From contig OZ024742.1 in assembly GCA_964016885.1 (NCBI GenBank), positions 203,670,001 to 203,734,000 on the forward strand: a stretch of 64,000 nucleotides of DNA, written 5' to 3'. Every line of letters begins with the position of its first letter. Positions within the stretch are counted from its first letter, which is position 1. Under the pieces are notes generated by a model. The model worked only from the letters and a program-made list of their open reading frames with translations, was not told where the DNA came from and ran no database searches. Position numbers and translations under genes: made by a program. This document shows, one piece after another, positions 25,387 to 38,289 of this stretch. Source of the DNA: Eledone cirrhosa (Eukaryota).

Positions 25387-25677
25387 TTTCTTTATTGGTC
25401 ACAAGGGCTGACATCAAGAAAAACATTACAGACGGTACAGGACGGTACGATGTGGGTTTTGTGCGTGTAAATATTTTTATTATTTATATATGAAAAGAAA
25501 AAAAAGACATAGAAACATATATATATATAAACAATAAAAATGAAAATCGAAACAATGAAAAATTCCCCAATAGGGGGGAAACCTCCGAGGGTTACTCGTG
25601 GCGAAAACCACACAAAAGACCACGGCCACCCTGACCACCAGGGCAAGCGCCCTCTCTCAATTTTTCCATCTCTCAAA

Positions 25678-28600
25678 CTACAGACGTATATTCAAAGTGT
25701 TCACTCGGACCATTCTCGCTACATTCACCCACCTTTCAACAAACTGGCTCTCCACCCTGATTTTCCTCTTCAAGTGAAACTTGAAACAGTTAATTAGGGA
25801 TTCGCCGAAGAGGAATGTGTCTGTCTTTAACCCTTTCAACCTTGTCCACCACACAATCTCTTTCGCCATGGCCACCAGGCAGATGAAAACCGCCTACCCT
25901 TCCTCCTCGAAGGAAGACGGCGAGACCATCTGCACAATGGACTCAGTCGACAACCGGATCAGTCCTACACGCGACAGCAACTGTTCGACATAGCTCCACA
26001 AGTCAGCAATGCTCGGGCACTGAACGAGTGCGTGCACGACGGTTTCGTCGCTCTGCGCGCATCTCGAACAGGCTCGGCTGACGGCACTTTCGTGCCTGTA
26101 GAGTTTATCTCGAACCGGCGGCGCTCCCCGGTAGCACTGCGAGGCCAGGGATTTTGGGAAGTTATCCATAGGCCCCGGGCTGAAAGTTCTCCGGAAGAGA
26201 GCAAACAGCTGATCTTCTTCGATGCCGAGGATCTCTCCGAGAATGTCGTCGCTCTTCCCCTCCACTAGTCCTCTATAGAACGCCGAGGTGGATGTTCCAC
26301 CGATACTGGTGCCCAGCTGGGAGAGGGCAGTGAGCGCCTGGAGACATTCCAGCTTCCAAGCGCTATCCCTCAGTCTTTTTCTGACCCAGGACTGCAGCTC
26401 CGTCAAGGAGGCGAGCTGTGGGAAAACGTGCCTGGCGAACGGCGACCACACCTGTTCACCATCAAGGAAGCACCAGAGATGTAGCAGCCTCAGCGCATGT
26501 TTGCGCATCATCAGCCATGGCATTCCCAGTCCTCCACGCAACGGGTGTTGACAGCAGATGGATCGTCTGACCATGGGAGCGCGTCCCTTCCACAAAAAGC
26601 GGAAGAGGAGGCGCTCCAGTTTGGTGAGAGTTGGGCTGGAGCAAGGGACGACGGTGAGGCGGTAGCCGATGACGGATGCGATGTACGCATTCGCCACCTC
26701 CGCCCGGCCTTTCAGGGACAGCTTCCTCTCAGCCCATTTCTGGGTGAGGGAGGCCATCCTGCTCGTCACCTCGTTCCAGTTTTTCTCCATCTAGAGGTCC
26801 GGCCCTGAGCAATTTAACCGGTCCGTCCGTCCAACGCCCCACGACGCTGTCGGACGGCATGGACTTGCCTCTCCAGGTGCCGAGCTGCAAGCCCACCGAC
26901 TTTTCCTGGTTTATCTTTGCTCCTGTCACCGCTTCGTATTCCTTGAGAGCGGTGCCGAGCATCTGGACGTGTCTTGTGCTCGACACCACCACGGTGACGT
27001 CGTCAGCGGAAGCCGACTCGGATTTCCCGCATCCTAGTTCGCGTGAGACGCCCCTCATAGCCCCCAGTTTGTGCAGTAACGGCTCGAGAGCAAATACGTA
27101 CAAGAGGGACGAGAGGGGACAACCCTGGCGGACTGAGCGCATGATGCTGAACGGCTGCGACAGGTGACCGTTCACCCTCACAACTGAGCAGATGTCGCTG
27201 TACATTGCTGCGATCCAACCCCTGCGATTCAACCCCTGAAAACGGGCCCGAAACCGGCTGCTTCGAGGACCGCCGCCAGGTACCGATGGTCGACCCTATC
27301 GAATGCTTTGGATTGATCCAAGTTGATCAGTACCCCACCCGTGCCAGGTTCCTTAACCACCCTCTCTATGATGTATCGCATGAGGTGGAGGTTGTCGTGT
27401 ATGGATCTGTCCGGAATGGCGCATGTCTGCGCCTCTCCCACCAGACACTTGACGACAAGCGCCAACCTCGTTGCTAACACCTTGGCCAAAATCTTGAACT
27501 CTGCGTTTAGCAGTGTTATGGGCCTGAAATTATCGATAACATCCCCCTTGTTCGGGTTTTTTCTCAGCAGCCCACTGCTCCCCGGCTCACAAAACTGGGA
27601 ATGCTCCCGTTCTGCTGCCAGTTGCAGTAGACGTTTGCCAAGAGGTCACCGAACAAGTCTGGCATAAATGCATAAAGCTCGTAGGGCAGACCATCCAAAC
27701 CTGGCGATTTACCCCTTGTGCAGTTAGCCATCGCTTCCCGTATTTCACCGGCTGTTATTGGCTTTTCGCAACACTGTGCTGCGGTCGTCGAGAGCCGTGG
27801 CAGTCCGTCGAAGTATGCACTGAAGTACATGCCCCGATCCGGGCCGCCGCCGCTCCCGAACAGTTCAGCAAAGTGCTGCTGAAAAGCTTCACACATCCGC
27901 TCGGGTTCGAGCATCACGCACCTGTTTTGGTCAGACAAAGACCGAATTGTGGATTTGTTGCCACGTCGCGCCTCTGCTACCCGGGCCCATTGGACGGCTT
28001 TTGTCCCCTCGTGTTTCAGAGCACGCGCTCTAGCTCTGACAACGCAGCCAATCTCGCCGCAAGCACGTCGGTTGCGATGCCTGTCCTAAACGCATCTTCT
28101 AGCTTTCTGACTAGCTCTCCCTCTACTCTATTTTCCCCTATCACTACTCCTTTGCTAAACCTAATCGACTCTACTTTAATTGCCCTTTTCAGGGCGAACC
28201 ACCACCTGTTGTTGACGATCGCTCCCGTCAACGCCCGCTTACCTAATACGCTAATCCGGTCTCTGTAGGCTTTGCGCGCCGGGAAAGACGCGTTGAGCTT
28301 CCAGTAAACAGGCCCTTGTCTATGAAGTCTGTCTATGTCGATCTCACAGATCACAAATTTGTGGTCTGTGTAGTCGACTATTTTAAATTGTGGACAACTT
28401 ATACTAGCCTTATCTAGTTCTCTGCAGAATACCCTATCGAGATACGATCTGGATGACCCGATGCGGTTTGTCCATGTCCACATTGGCACATTCGGGTGAT
28501 CCAGTCGAAACCTGTCAGACAATTCAAAACGTCTGAGCAGATTGGGGGAGGCTCTTGCATCCTCCTCCCCTATCCACTAGCCCCACACGATCCCAGCGTG

Positions 28601-29042
28601 CATCCAATATACCGTTCCAGTCACCCACCAACACTAAAGAGCGGGACGTTCCAAGAAAGGTCTCTAGACGTCTGAAGAAATCTGGCCGTCCTGCCCCTGT
28701 TGGGGCGTAGACGGCTACTAGCCTGAAAGCATTGCCATCGCTGCCGGTCACGCCCAGCACCACCGACTTACTTTCTGGGTCTAGGAAGATGGCCCGTATC
28801 GCGAGATCCAAGCCTCTCCGAAAAAGGACGGCGACCCCTCCCCCCGATCCTGGACGGCTGGGAGATGTGTATACATCGTAGCCGCCGAAGATCGGTGCGA
28901 AGGCTTGTGCTTCGGAGATTCTGGTTTCACTGATGGCCACCACATCTATGTTTAGTGACCTGAGGTCGTTGAGCAGGTGACCCTGCTTCCAAGATGACCC
29001 CAGGCCAGGCGCATTTATACTGACTATTCTGAGTACGGCCAT
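25678..29042 (-). pseudogene. LINE ORF2 (APE-RT), multiple frameshifts and short deletions
   Basis: Collinear fragments closely similar to copy 1 ORF2. YADD is mutated to SADD. Confidence 0.9.
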
Positions 29043-29074
29043 GTTGGATGAGAAACGGGGCAAGTGAGAAAGGG

Positions 29075-31198
29075 TCACTTACCTTGTTCGTGTGGTGAAG
29101 GGACAGTAGAACCGTCCCTTTCGCTGGTCATGGGTGTTTCCAAGAGGATGTCAGTGTATATCCTCTTGGTAACCGACCCTCTGAAGTCTCCAACTGCGTT
29201 GGGAAATTTTTGTTTTAAAGGTTTGTACTGTTCTATTGAGATTTCGATGATGCTTATGTTTGTCGGGAGAGTTCTTGGTGTCGGTGGGGTGTAGTAGTTT
29301 TTTTCTGTGATGTCTGTGTGCTGCTTTATATATTGTATGAGTTCTTTTTCTGCGATGTTTATGGCTGTGTACTTTTTGGGGGGAGGGGTGATTTTGTTGC
29401 TGTTTTCTTCTTGTTGCTGTTTGGTGTGTGTGTCTTGTCGTGTTTGCACTGTTGGTGTTTTTGGTGATGCTGGTGGTGGTGTGGTTGTTGTTGTCAGTGG
29501 TGCTTGTGGTGGTGATGGTGGTGATGTTGCTGCAAGTTTCCTTGCTGCCTTTACCCCTCTTTGTATGCCTTCGCTTTTGGAGAGTGAATCTAAGGGTTTT
29601 TTTCTTTTTTCTTTTTTGTGGCAGATCGTTTGCCACTTTACTCCCGCCTCTAACTCCATGTCGGATTCTGTGGCATCTGGGAGGGGTATGTGCTCCACGG
29701 CTGTTGGTGGTGGTAGTGGAGCCCTCTTCGGCAATTTTGTTGCTGGTGTAGCTACTTCAAATGTAGCTATTGGTGTTTCCGCCACTGATGATGCTGCTTT
29801 AGTTGTCCGTGGCCTTGGTACGGGTGCTACAGAAGTTGCCCTGCTACTCACGGTGGAAGGGCTTCGTTTGTTGCCTGCCCTGCTCTTGGTAGCAGCGGAC
29901 CAGGTATTGGAAGGAGAGGGGCCTTCTTCGCTGTCTTCAGCGGGCAAAAGGCCCTGAGGTGACCCTTCGACCCACAGAGATAACATTTTGGCCGACTTCC
30001 TTCTACACTTATAGGGAGTTGGAGTCCTTTCTCGATGTCTATGATACCGGGGTAGCGTCGATACATTCCTGGTCAGTTTGCATAAGCATTTGCATGCCTA
30101 TACCTGACCAGTTCTCTCTCCCTATTTTTTCTACTTGCAGCATGGTCGTCCTGTTCTCGATTCCAGCGAGGACAGACGCGGCCAGCCAAGGCATGGGCAC
30201 GTCGGGTGGGACCTGGGTCACTTTGACCCTCACAATTTTCTGCCCGCAGTAGGAGGGCACCAAGACTATCTCCTCACACTTTAGGGTTTCCAAAGAGTGA
30301 GACTTTGCTTCCTGGGGGTGGCGAAAAGTACGTCTACTGTGGCGTACTTTCTGCCTCGGGTGATGTGGGTTCTGCGTGCCCAGACGCATCCCAAGGCCTT
30401 TTGGATTTGAGCCTCCGTGGCTCTCTCCACTCGATGTGAGATTTTGCTTACGGTGCGGTAAGTCACCGTCCGTAGCTGCTGGTCCTTGAAAAAATCGGGT
30501 GGAGGTTTCAGGGAAACTCTATTTGCGCTTCTTGTCACCATGGCCCTTGCGACTGCCATCTCCTCCTCTGTGACTAACACTGTCTCGATATTTCGGGCGA
30601 CACCTGCAAAAGAAATGGTCCCTTTTTCAGCAGCACCACTATTGCTGCCGCTACTGGTCTTACTGGTGGTGCTGAGATCGCTATTACAGGTATCGGTGTC
30701 ATTGTTGTTGTTTTCGTTGGTACAGTTGTTGGTGTTGTTGTTGTTTTCGTTGATACTGTTGCTGTTGTTACTGTTATTGTGACTGTTGTTATTATTGTTG
30801 TTTTTGTTGATATTGTTCCTACTATTATTATTGTTGTGGCTGTTGTTATTGTCATTGTTATTGTCGTTCTCGACCTGACCGCTGTTATTTTTGTTATTGT
30901 CGTTCTCGACTTTACCGCTGTTATTTTTGTTATTGTCGTTCTCGACTTTACCGCTGTTATTTTTGTTGTTGCTGTTGTTATTGATGGTGTTGATGTTGGT
31001 GTTGTTGTTGGTGTTATTGTTGGTGTTGTTTGTGTTAGAAATATTTGTTAATTTTAAATCTGTAACAATCTTCTTTTCCTTTGTAATATTTTCGTTTATA
31101 TTTACCTCCGCTGGAACGCTGTCTTGTTGACATGCTGAGAAAGTCTCCTTCTCTCTGTGTTGTCTGACAGCGCTCTCTCCCTTTCTTGTGTTATCCAT
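29075..31198 (-). pseudogene. LINE ORF1 with CCHC knuckle and Asn-rich N-terminus, frameshifted
   Basis: SFAGVAR, QIQKALGCVWARRTHITRGRKY, LVPSYCGQ and EGSRPKCYLC match copy 1 ORF1. Ends EQGK*. Confidence 0.82.
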
Positions 31199-31377
31199 GT
31201 TGAAATTTTTCAAAAAAATATTTTTACACAAATACGAATACGACACCCCGTAAAGGGGTGCCGTATTATTTACTAGTGAAACCCTGTATTAGGTGGGTCA
31301 CTTCTAAAGTTTTATCAAATTTAAAACTTAAATAAAAGGTTTAGAACGGTTGAAAATTTCTAATTTTCTTTGGCAAT

Positions 31378-31408
<31 letters not shown>

Positions 31409-31505
31409 AGAGATGGCAACATGAATGGACCTGTTATTTTTATCTAAAGACATCGTTTCAAAATTCCACTCCGCCCGTCCCTTCAATCTAGGATTTCTTA
31501 TTGTT

Positions 31506-31541
31506 TCTTCTGATGAAGGACTAGCGTCCGAAACGTTAAGA
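31506..31541 (+). ncRNA. Minimal type I hammerhead ribozyme
   Basis: tctt-CTGATGA-aggac tagc gtcc-GAAA-cg-TT-aaga, with palindromic ACGT in place of stem III. A decayed relative lies on the minus strand at ~2578-2610. Confidence 0.8.
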
Positions 31542-31628
31542 CTGTCTTCCTGCTATTTCAAGCGTTAACCTAATATATTACTTCCATATACTGTACCGAT
31601 TGTGATGTTATTTCTGTTTACCTTTTAC

Positions 31629-31720
<92 letters not shown>

Positions 31721-32380
31721 ATCGATCTTTTACCACCTTTATGTAAGTTCTTTCACTTACCTTCAGATCTTATGTCATTTCACCTATATAAGTCTACATA
31801 TATACATGCTATTTGGATACAGTTTGTCCTGACACTTCTTTATCCTTCAGTTATTGTATTATTGCTCCTAATGAAAGGTTTTCATTGTTAATTTAATAGA
31901 GCTGACTTTAGGTTCAAACAGTGGCTATTTTAGCATTCTGATTGACCTGTGCATTTGTCAGATATCATTAATAATGTTACGTATTAATCAAAATGTTAAT
32001 GGATGTGCTTCTGCTTCAAACATTAAATATCAGTAGAGCTGCTTCATTTTAGACCAAGCGCCCTGCTACTTCTAGCAATACCGTTGACCTGCCTGTATCC
32101 TTATATAATATTATAACGTCCTTACCATGTGACTTTTAGATCTATAACGTCCTTACCATGTGTCTTTTGGATCCATGGTGGCTAACTATTTCTAATGCGT
32201 TTAGTAAGACACATTTCTGGTTGGTTTTACTTAATGGTGCCAGTTGTTTTCATTTCGTATTTGGCACCAGTTCTCTTACTCTCTGAAACAGCTGTATAGA
32301 AATAGAGTCGGAATTTTACCATTTTTATGTAAGTACGTAAGTTCTTTTAATTGCCTTCTTTGGCAATATATATATATATA

Positions 32381-32512
32381 TAGTAATAATAATAAATTTG
32401 AAGACTAAAATCCAAAAAGGGCTCGATAAGGATAAATATATATCAGAAGATCCCGTTAAGGGTGAAAGCAGCGATTCTTTGCTTAAACTTTAATCTGGTA
32501 TTTTAATAAATA
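32381..32512. mobile_element. Head-to-head fragment pair of the PLE pLTR seen at 2284-2441
   Basis: ~32381-32442 is the reverse complement of ~2381-2441, and ~32443-32512 is a direct copy of 2284-2352. TA repeats lie on both sides. Confidence 0.8.
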
Positions 32513-32944
32513 TATATATGTATACATATATATCAAAAGTATATATTGAGTTAAAAACTCACAATAGCTGAAGGAAAACAATTTTTCCGGGCCTTATAAT
32601 ATATTCCATTTATGTTAGGCTGTTTAACAATGGGTGCAACTGGTACTTCGGTTTGGTAAACAATTATGCAATAAATTCATTAAAGCACTCAATGTGATGC
32701 AAATCATCCATCATTGGTGTGGTATCCATTGGTTGGTGCAGGAACAGAGTTAAGTATTCATTAAAACAACAACAGAAGGCCGGACAGGAAAATTTACCTT
32801 AGAATTTTAATTCCGCGAAATCACTATACATATTTCGATATATACATATATGTGTGTGTAAGTGGATAGTAAGAATCGATATTTTACTACCTTTATCTAA
32901 GTTCATTCGCTTAACTTCAGATCTTCACCTATATAAGTTTACAT

Positions 32945-33232
32945 CAGTCATGGGCAACCTGCGGCCCGCGAAGCTTTCTAAATGACTCGCCTAAGTCACC
33001 TAAGTGAAATCTTTCTGATTTTTTTACTCCAACTTTTCAGTCGCAATTTATCTTTCTATCATTCTTACGGTCGAGGAAAACAACGTGTACGAATTCTGAG
33101 GAAACAAATCAAAATAACCTGAGTTACCGCCTTTTTTTATGTGGACACGAATATAAATTAGTGCTTGCGGCCCGCCTGATGATGAACCAAATCTCATGTG
33201 GCCCGCTTCTCGAAAAGGGTTGCCCAGGCCTG
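32945..33232. mobile_element. hAT-type MITE with 8-bp TSD
   Basis: TIR cagtcatgggcaacc / ggttgcccaggcctg, subterminal ggcccgc motifs, flanks gtttacat / gtcgacat. Confidence 0.8.
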
Positions 33233-33587
33233 GTCGACATATATACATGGTATTTGGATACATTTTGTCTTAATCTTAAAATACTGTATTACTGCTTCTA
33301 ATGAAATATTTAAAATGTTAAATTAGTAGAGCTGACTTTAGGTTCTAACAGTAGCTACTTTTAGCATTCTGGTTGACCTGTGTATTTAACAGGTCAACCA
33401 TATATTTATATATACACACATAACTCCTGGTGCCGTAAAGCACTGCAGTGACATACGACGCGTCTTAGGCGTGTACTGTTATATAGAGAGAGGAAGAGTG
33501 GAGTTAATGGATGAGAAAGAGTGATAGATAGATAAATAGTTCTATAGACTGTTAGACAGGTAAATATATACACGCGCACACACACAT

Positions 33588-34054
<467 letters not shown>

Positions 34055-34955
34055 TTATATATAGAGAGAGATTTATATATATGCTTATATACATACATAC
34101 ATATATATTTATGTATATACATATATACATACATATATATTTATATATAATGGTGGCTGCCAACTCGTTTTCGAGTACGGCCACTACTTTATATCCATGT
34201 AGGAGAACCCCTACCGATGCGCTGAACGAGTGTGACTTTTTAGTCCAGCCAGCGACTTGAAAACTCTGGTACAAACACTACACTTGTGACAATTATTGAC
34301 ACATAGTGCTGGGCCCATGGTACCATGTGACGACAAGTGCAGAGAGATCTCCAGATATAAAGCAATGCCTGTGCCTTGAAGCTTTTATAGTGAGCAAAGG
34401 CACTGCACAAAGCCAGTCCCACTCTCTTAACCAAGATGATATTTACCAAAAAGAAGAACAAGTCAACATCATTGGATACCATCAGGGTTGCAGGTGTTAT
34501 ATCAGAGTTTTCCTTATAGAATTCTGCCTTGACAAAGGCTAAGGGGTCATCTCTCCCGGTGATTTTGGATGGCCATTGACTCTTAAGAGTAGCTTTGCCC
34601 TTTGACAGGTTTTGTTTTTAGTCCTGCAGGATGTCCAAAGTCACTCTCCTCACCAAGAAACCTTGGTAGGGCTGCCAGTTTAGTCGCATACATATATACA
34701 TACATATATATTTATATTTATATTTATATATTTTTTATCATTCTGTCTGCTTCATGGTTAAATATTTCAAACAAATGTGGTTTTTCAACCCTCGTAATAT
34801 TAGACACACGGTTTACTGTGTTTCTTACTACATATATATTATTATTATAATGCTCAGTATTTATACTTGGAGCTTATTGATTACAGGGTTTCAGTAAGAG
34901 TTATTAACTCTAACTTTCATTTATATATAAATATATATATATGCATATATATATA

Positions 34956-35007
34956 TAAGTATGTATGTATACGTACATACATATATGTATACAGACGTAC
35001 AGTAGCA

Positions 35008-35045
<38 letters not shown>

Positions 35046-35477
35046 CATACAGGTACACATACATATATGCACGCATCAGTTTAGCGGACGCTTATTATAA
35101 CGCCGCTTTGTTCGTTTGTAAACAAACTGAACAGCCTGAATTTATGCCATACGGTGTTAAGGCAACCACGTCACCTTTTTGTTCAACACTGACACAGGAA
35201 CGATGTACTAGTTTCAAGCTTGTTAGCTATCATCAGCACCGTATACCCATCTGCCAGATAGTTGAACGTTCGAAAGTATATACTTTCCTTATGAAAATTA
35301 ACGGCTGAGCAGCCTAATTTGCATATTGAGTGAGTTAAATCGGTCAGGCATACCGAAAACGATAAGTTGAAAAAAATGAAAACGAAATTTCATTTCTCAC
35401 TCTTAGTATGGCACTTACTTAAATGTAAGTATGTATGTATACGTACATACATATATGTATACAGACGTACAGTAGCA

Positions 35478-35523
<46 letters not shown>

Positions 35524-35633
35524 CATACAGGTACACATACATATATGCACGCATCAGTTTAGCGGACGCTTATTATAACGCCGCTTTGTTCGTTTGTAAA
35601 CAAACTGAACAGCCTGAATTTATGCCATACGGT
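34956..35633 (-). mobile_element. ORF-less tandem repeat (470-bp period, ~1.4 units) containing an HHR; retrozyme/pLTR-like
   Basis: 34956-35153 recurs at 35426-35633. The whole unit is homologous to 58596-59195 on the opposite strand. Confidence 0.75.
35200..35242 (-). ncRNA. Minimal type I hammerhead ribozyme
   Basis: acggtg-CTGATGA-tagct aaca agctt-GAAA-ctag-TA-catcgt. Confidence 0.85.
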
Positions 35634-36240
35634 AGGACAATGTAGAGATAAAAATATAGTGTACATAGGTGAGACAGCTCGTAGTATAGGGGAACGGATA
35701 AATGAACATTGGCGAGACCTTCAAGATAGTAAAGAATCATCTGTACTCTACCAACATGCTAAAATAGAACATAAGGGTAAATTAGAGAACATAGAAATAA
35801 AAATAGAATCTACACACAGAAAAGACGCAATGTTTAGACAAATCACAGAGGCAATAAACATAAATGAATTACAACCCAAATTAAATAGAAAACATGAGTG
35901 GAACAGCAACATCACAACTTACAATTAAGGACAAAATGAAAACACACACGCACATAGAACAAACAACCAACCAGTAACATGTAAATAAACAAATAAATAA
36001 ACGAATATAAACACACACAGACACCCGGATGTAACACATGCGCAAACTAAGCACACAACACACACACAAAAACAAGATGCCGTAGGGCAGAACAAAGGAG
36101 AGGCACAAAAAACAAAGAAAAGAATCCCCAGTCACTGAAGAGGTCACAGAATGTGTGACGAAAGAACTTTGACAATATATAAACAACCATCTGGTTGTGG
36201 AACCAACCAACCAACCGGAAATTTATAAATTCCTAAATTT
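35634..36240 (+). mobile_element. PLE 3' end: GIY-YIG endonuclease remnant + pLTR with HHR
   Basis: ORF 35659..35928 reads YIGETARSIGERINEH..RQITEA..LNRKHEW. Upstream, CRDKNIVY is fused directly to IGET, which suggests a deletion. Confidence 0.85.
36131..36173 (+). ncRNA. Minimal type I hammerhead ribozyme
   Basis: gtca-CTGAAGA-ggtcaca gaatg tgtgac-GAAA-gaac-TT-tgac, ~200 nt downstream of the GIY-YIG stop. Confidence 0.8.
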
Positions 36241-37159
36241 ATAAATTTATTATAATAAATTGAAGTAAAAGTAACTTGTGCATGTGTTTCTTATTGGCAA
36301 CATGACCCACCCAAAGTATAACAATATCGGCTTCAACACACGTTTTCAGATAAAGAATCTTGCTAAACAAATTCAGAAAGGAAATATATATATATACATA
36401 TATACTATTAATAATGAGTTCAAATCTCAAGTAGTCCTTTACAATGAAATAGCTGAGATTTGAACTCATTATTAATAGTATCACTGCTCCTTACGTAGAG
36501 CTAAATTTAACCCCATATAAACGGCTGTTATTTCTAGCAGCACGAGTATGCGGTAGCTAGACACTGGATAACCATGTGTGAAAAACCATGTGCGTTAAAC
36601 AGTCTTTTTAAATATTTTGAAGTGAAACACCAATTTTTCTGGTGCTGGCTGAGGAGATAGAAATGCGGTATTCTTTCACTTTCATTTTTCGAAACTTATT
36701 TGGATTTTAAGGTTTAAACCAGTCTACGGAACAGGTTTGATTTTGAAATTTAAATTTGTCCAATCACCACGGCCATTTGCCAATATACTTTGTTTTTATT
36801 GATTTATTATTTTAAATCGAGACAAGCAAACTGTATTATTATAATTAGTATTTTTCAATCGAGCTAACTTAGTCATTTACAATACAAACATGGATATGTT
36901 GGTATTTGTGTTTATCAAATATATTAATTTACATTAACTTGTATACAAATATATATATTTATATATATATATATTATATATATGTATATATGTATATATA
37001 CAAATATATATGTATGTATTATATATGTATATATATATATAAATATATATGTATGTATGTATATATGTATATATATATAAATATCTATGTACGTATATAT
37101 GTATATACATAAATATATATGTATGTATATAAGTATATATATAAATCTCTCTATATATG

Positions 37160-37268
<109 letters not shown>

Positions 37269-37435
37269 ATGTGTGTGTGCGCGTGTATATATTTACTTGT
37301 CTAACAGTCTATAGAACTATTTATCCATCTATCACTCTTTCTCATCCACTAACTCCACTCTCCCTCTCTCTATATAACAGTACACGCCTAAGACGCGTCG
37401 TATGTCACTGCAGTGCTTTACGACACCAGGAGTTA

Positions 37436-37524
<89 letters not shown>

Positions 37525-37839
37525 GCTTAACTGTTTATTTCATCTATCTATGTGTGTCTGTCGAAATATATACACAGATAGATAGGTAGGTAGAGAAATA
37601 GCTTGAGATAGGTAGAGAAATGTGTGATAGAGAGGGGGATTATTAGCAATTTAGTAAGGCAGCTGTAACTAAGAAGATATAACCTAGAATTTACAATGTT
37701 GGCACCATTACAAAGAAATAGGTAGTGCGTGTGTGTGCGTACATAAATATATATAGATACATATACAGAGAGAGAGGGGGGAGGTGTGCTCTTTCTACTT
37801 ATATAAATATATATACATATGCGGGGAGAAAGTGAAAGT

Positions 37840-37904
<65 letters not shown>

Positions 37905-37906
37905 AC

Positions 37907-37941
<35 letters not shown>

Positions 37942-37992
37942 TATATGCATGCTTGCATACACGCTTATTCCACTCTCACTTTTCTCCACGCT

Positions 37993-38025
<33 letters not shown>

Positions 38026-38289
38026 GTGTATATATATATATATATACCTCTATCTCTCACCTCTTTATCTCTGTCTTCATTTCCTTCTGTTCCTTACTTC
38101 AACTCTCCCATCGACACCCACCTTCATTCCCCCACCACCAAACCCCCACCCTCCATCTGCACCCAAGAATTTCTGAAGCCCTAAGAAAACAACGAAGACA
38201 CGTGCACCAAAAGTAAGGCAACTGTGAAATTACGTAAATGTTGTAATGGGGTGGCAGGAAGAGCTGGGTGGATTGTACGATAGAAGTTA

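Larger units (their letters stand above)
25385..31431 (-). mobile_element. Full-length Tx1/L1-clade retrotransposon, copy 3 (frameshifted)
   Basis: ORF1 pieces ~31198->29075 (KCYLCGSKGHLRAFC) and ORF2 pieces 29042->25678. The 5' end at GGTCC (31431) is inferred from UTR length and the GG start of copies 1 and 2. Confidence 0.88.

Noticed and set aside
11426-31130. Plus-strand ORFs antisense to the Tx1-like ORFs
   Set aside because: These are shadow frames of GC-rich or triplet-repeat coding sequence with no independent motifs.
34150-34690. Possible decayed coding remnant (LMVSNDVDLF)
   Set aside because: Too short and degenerate to assign without a homology search.
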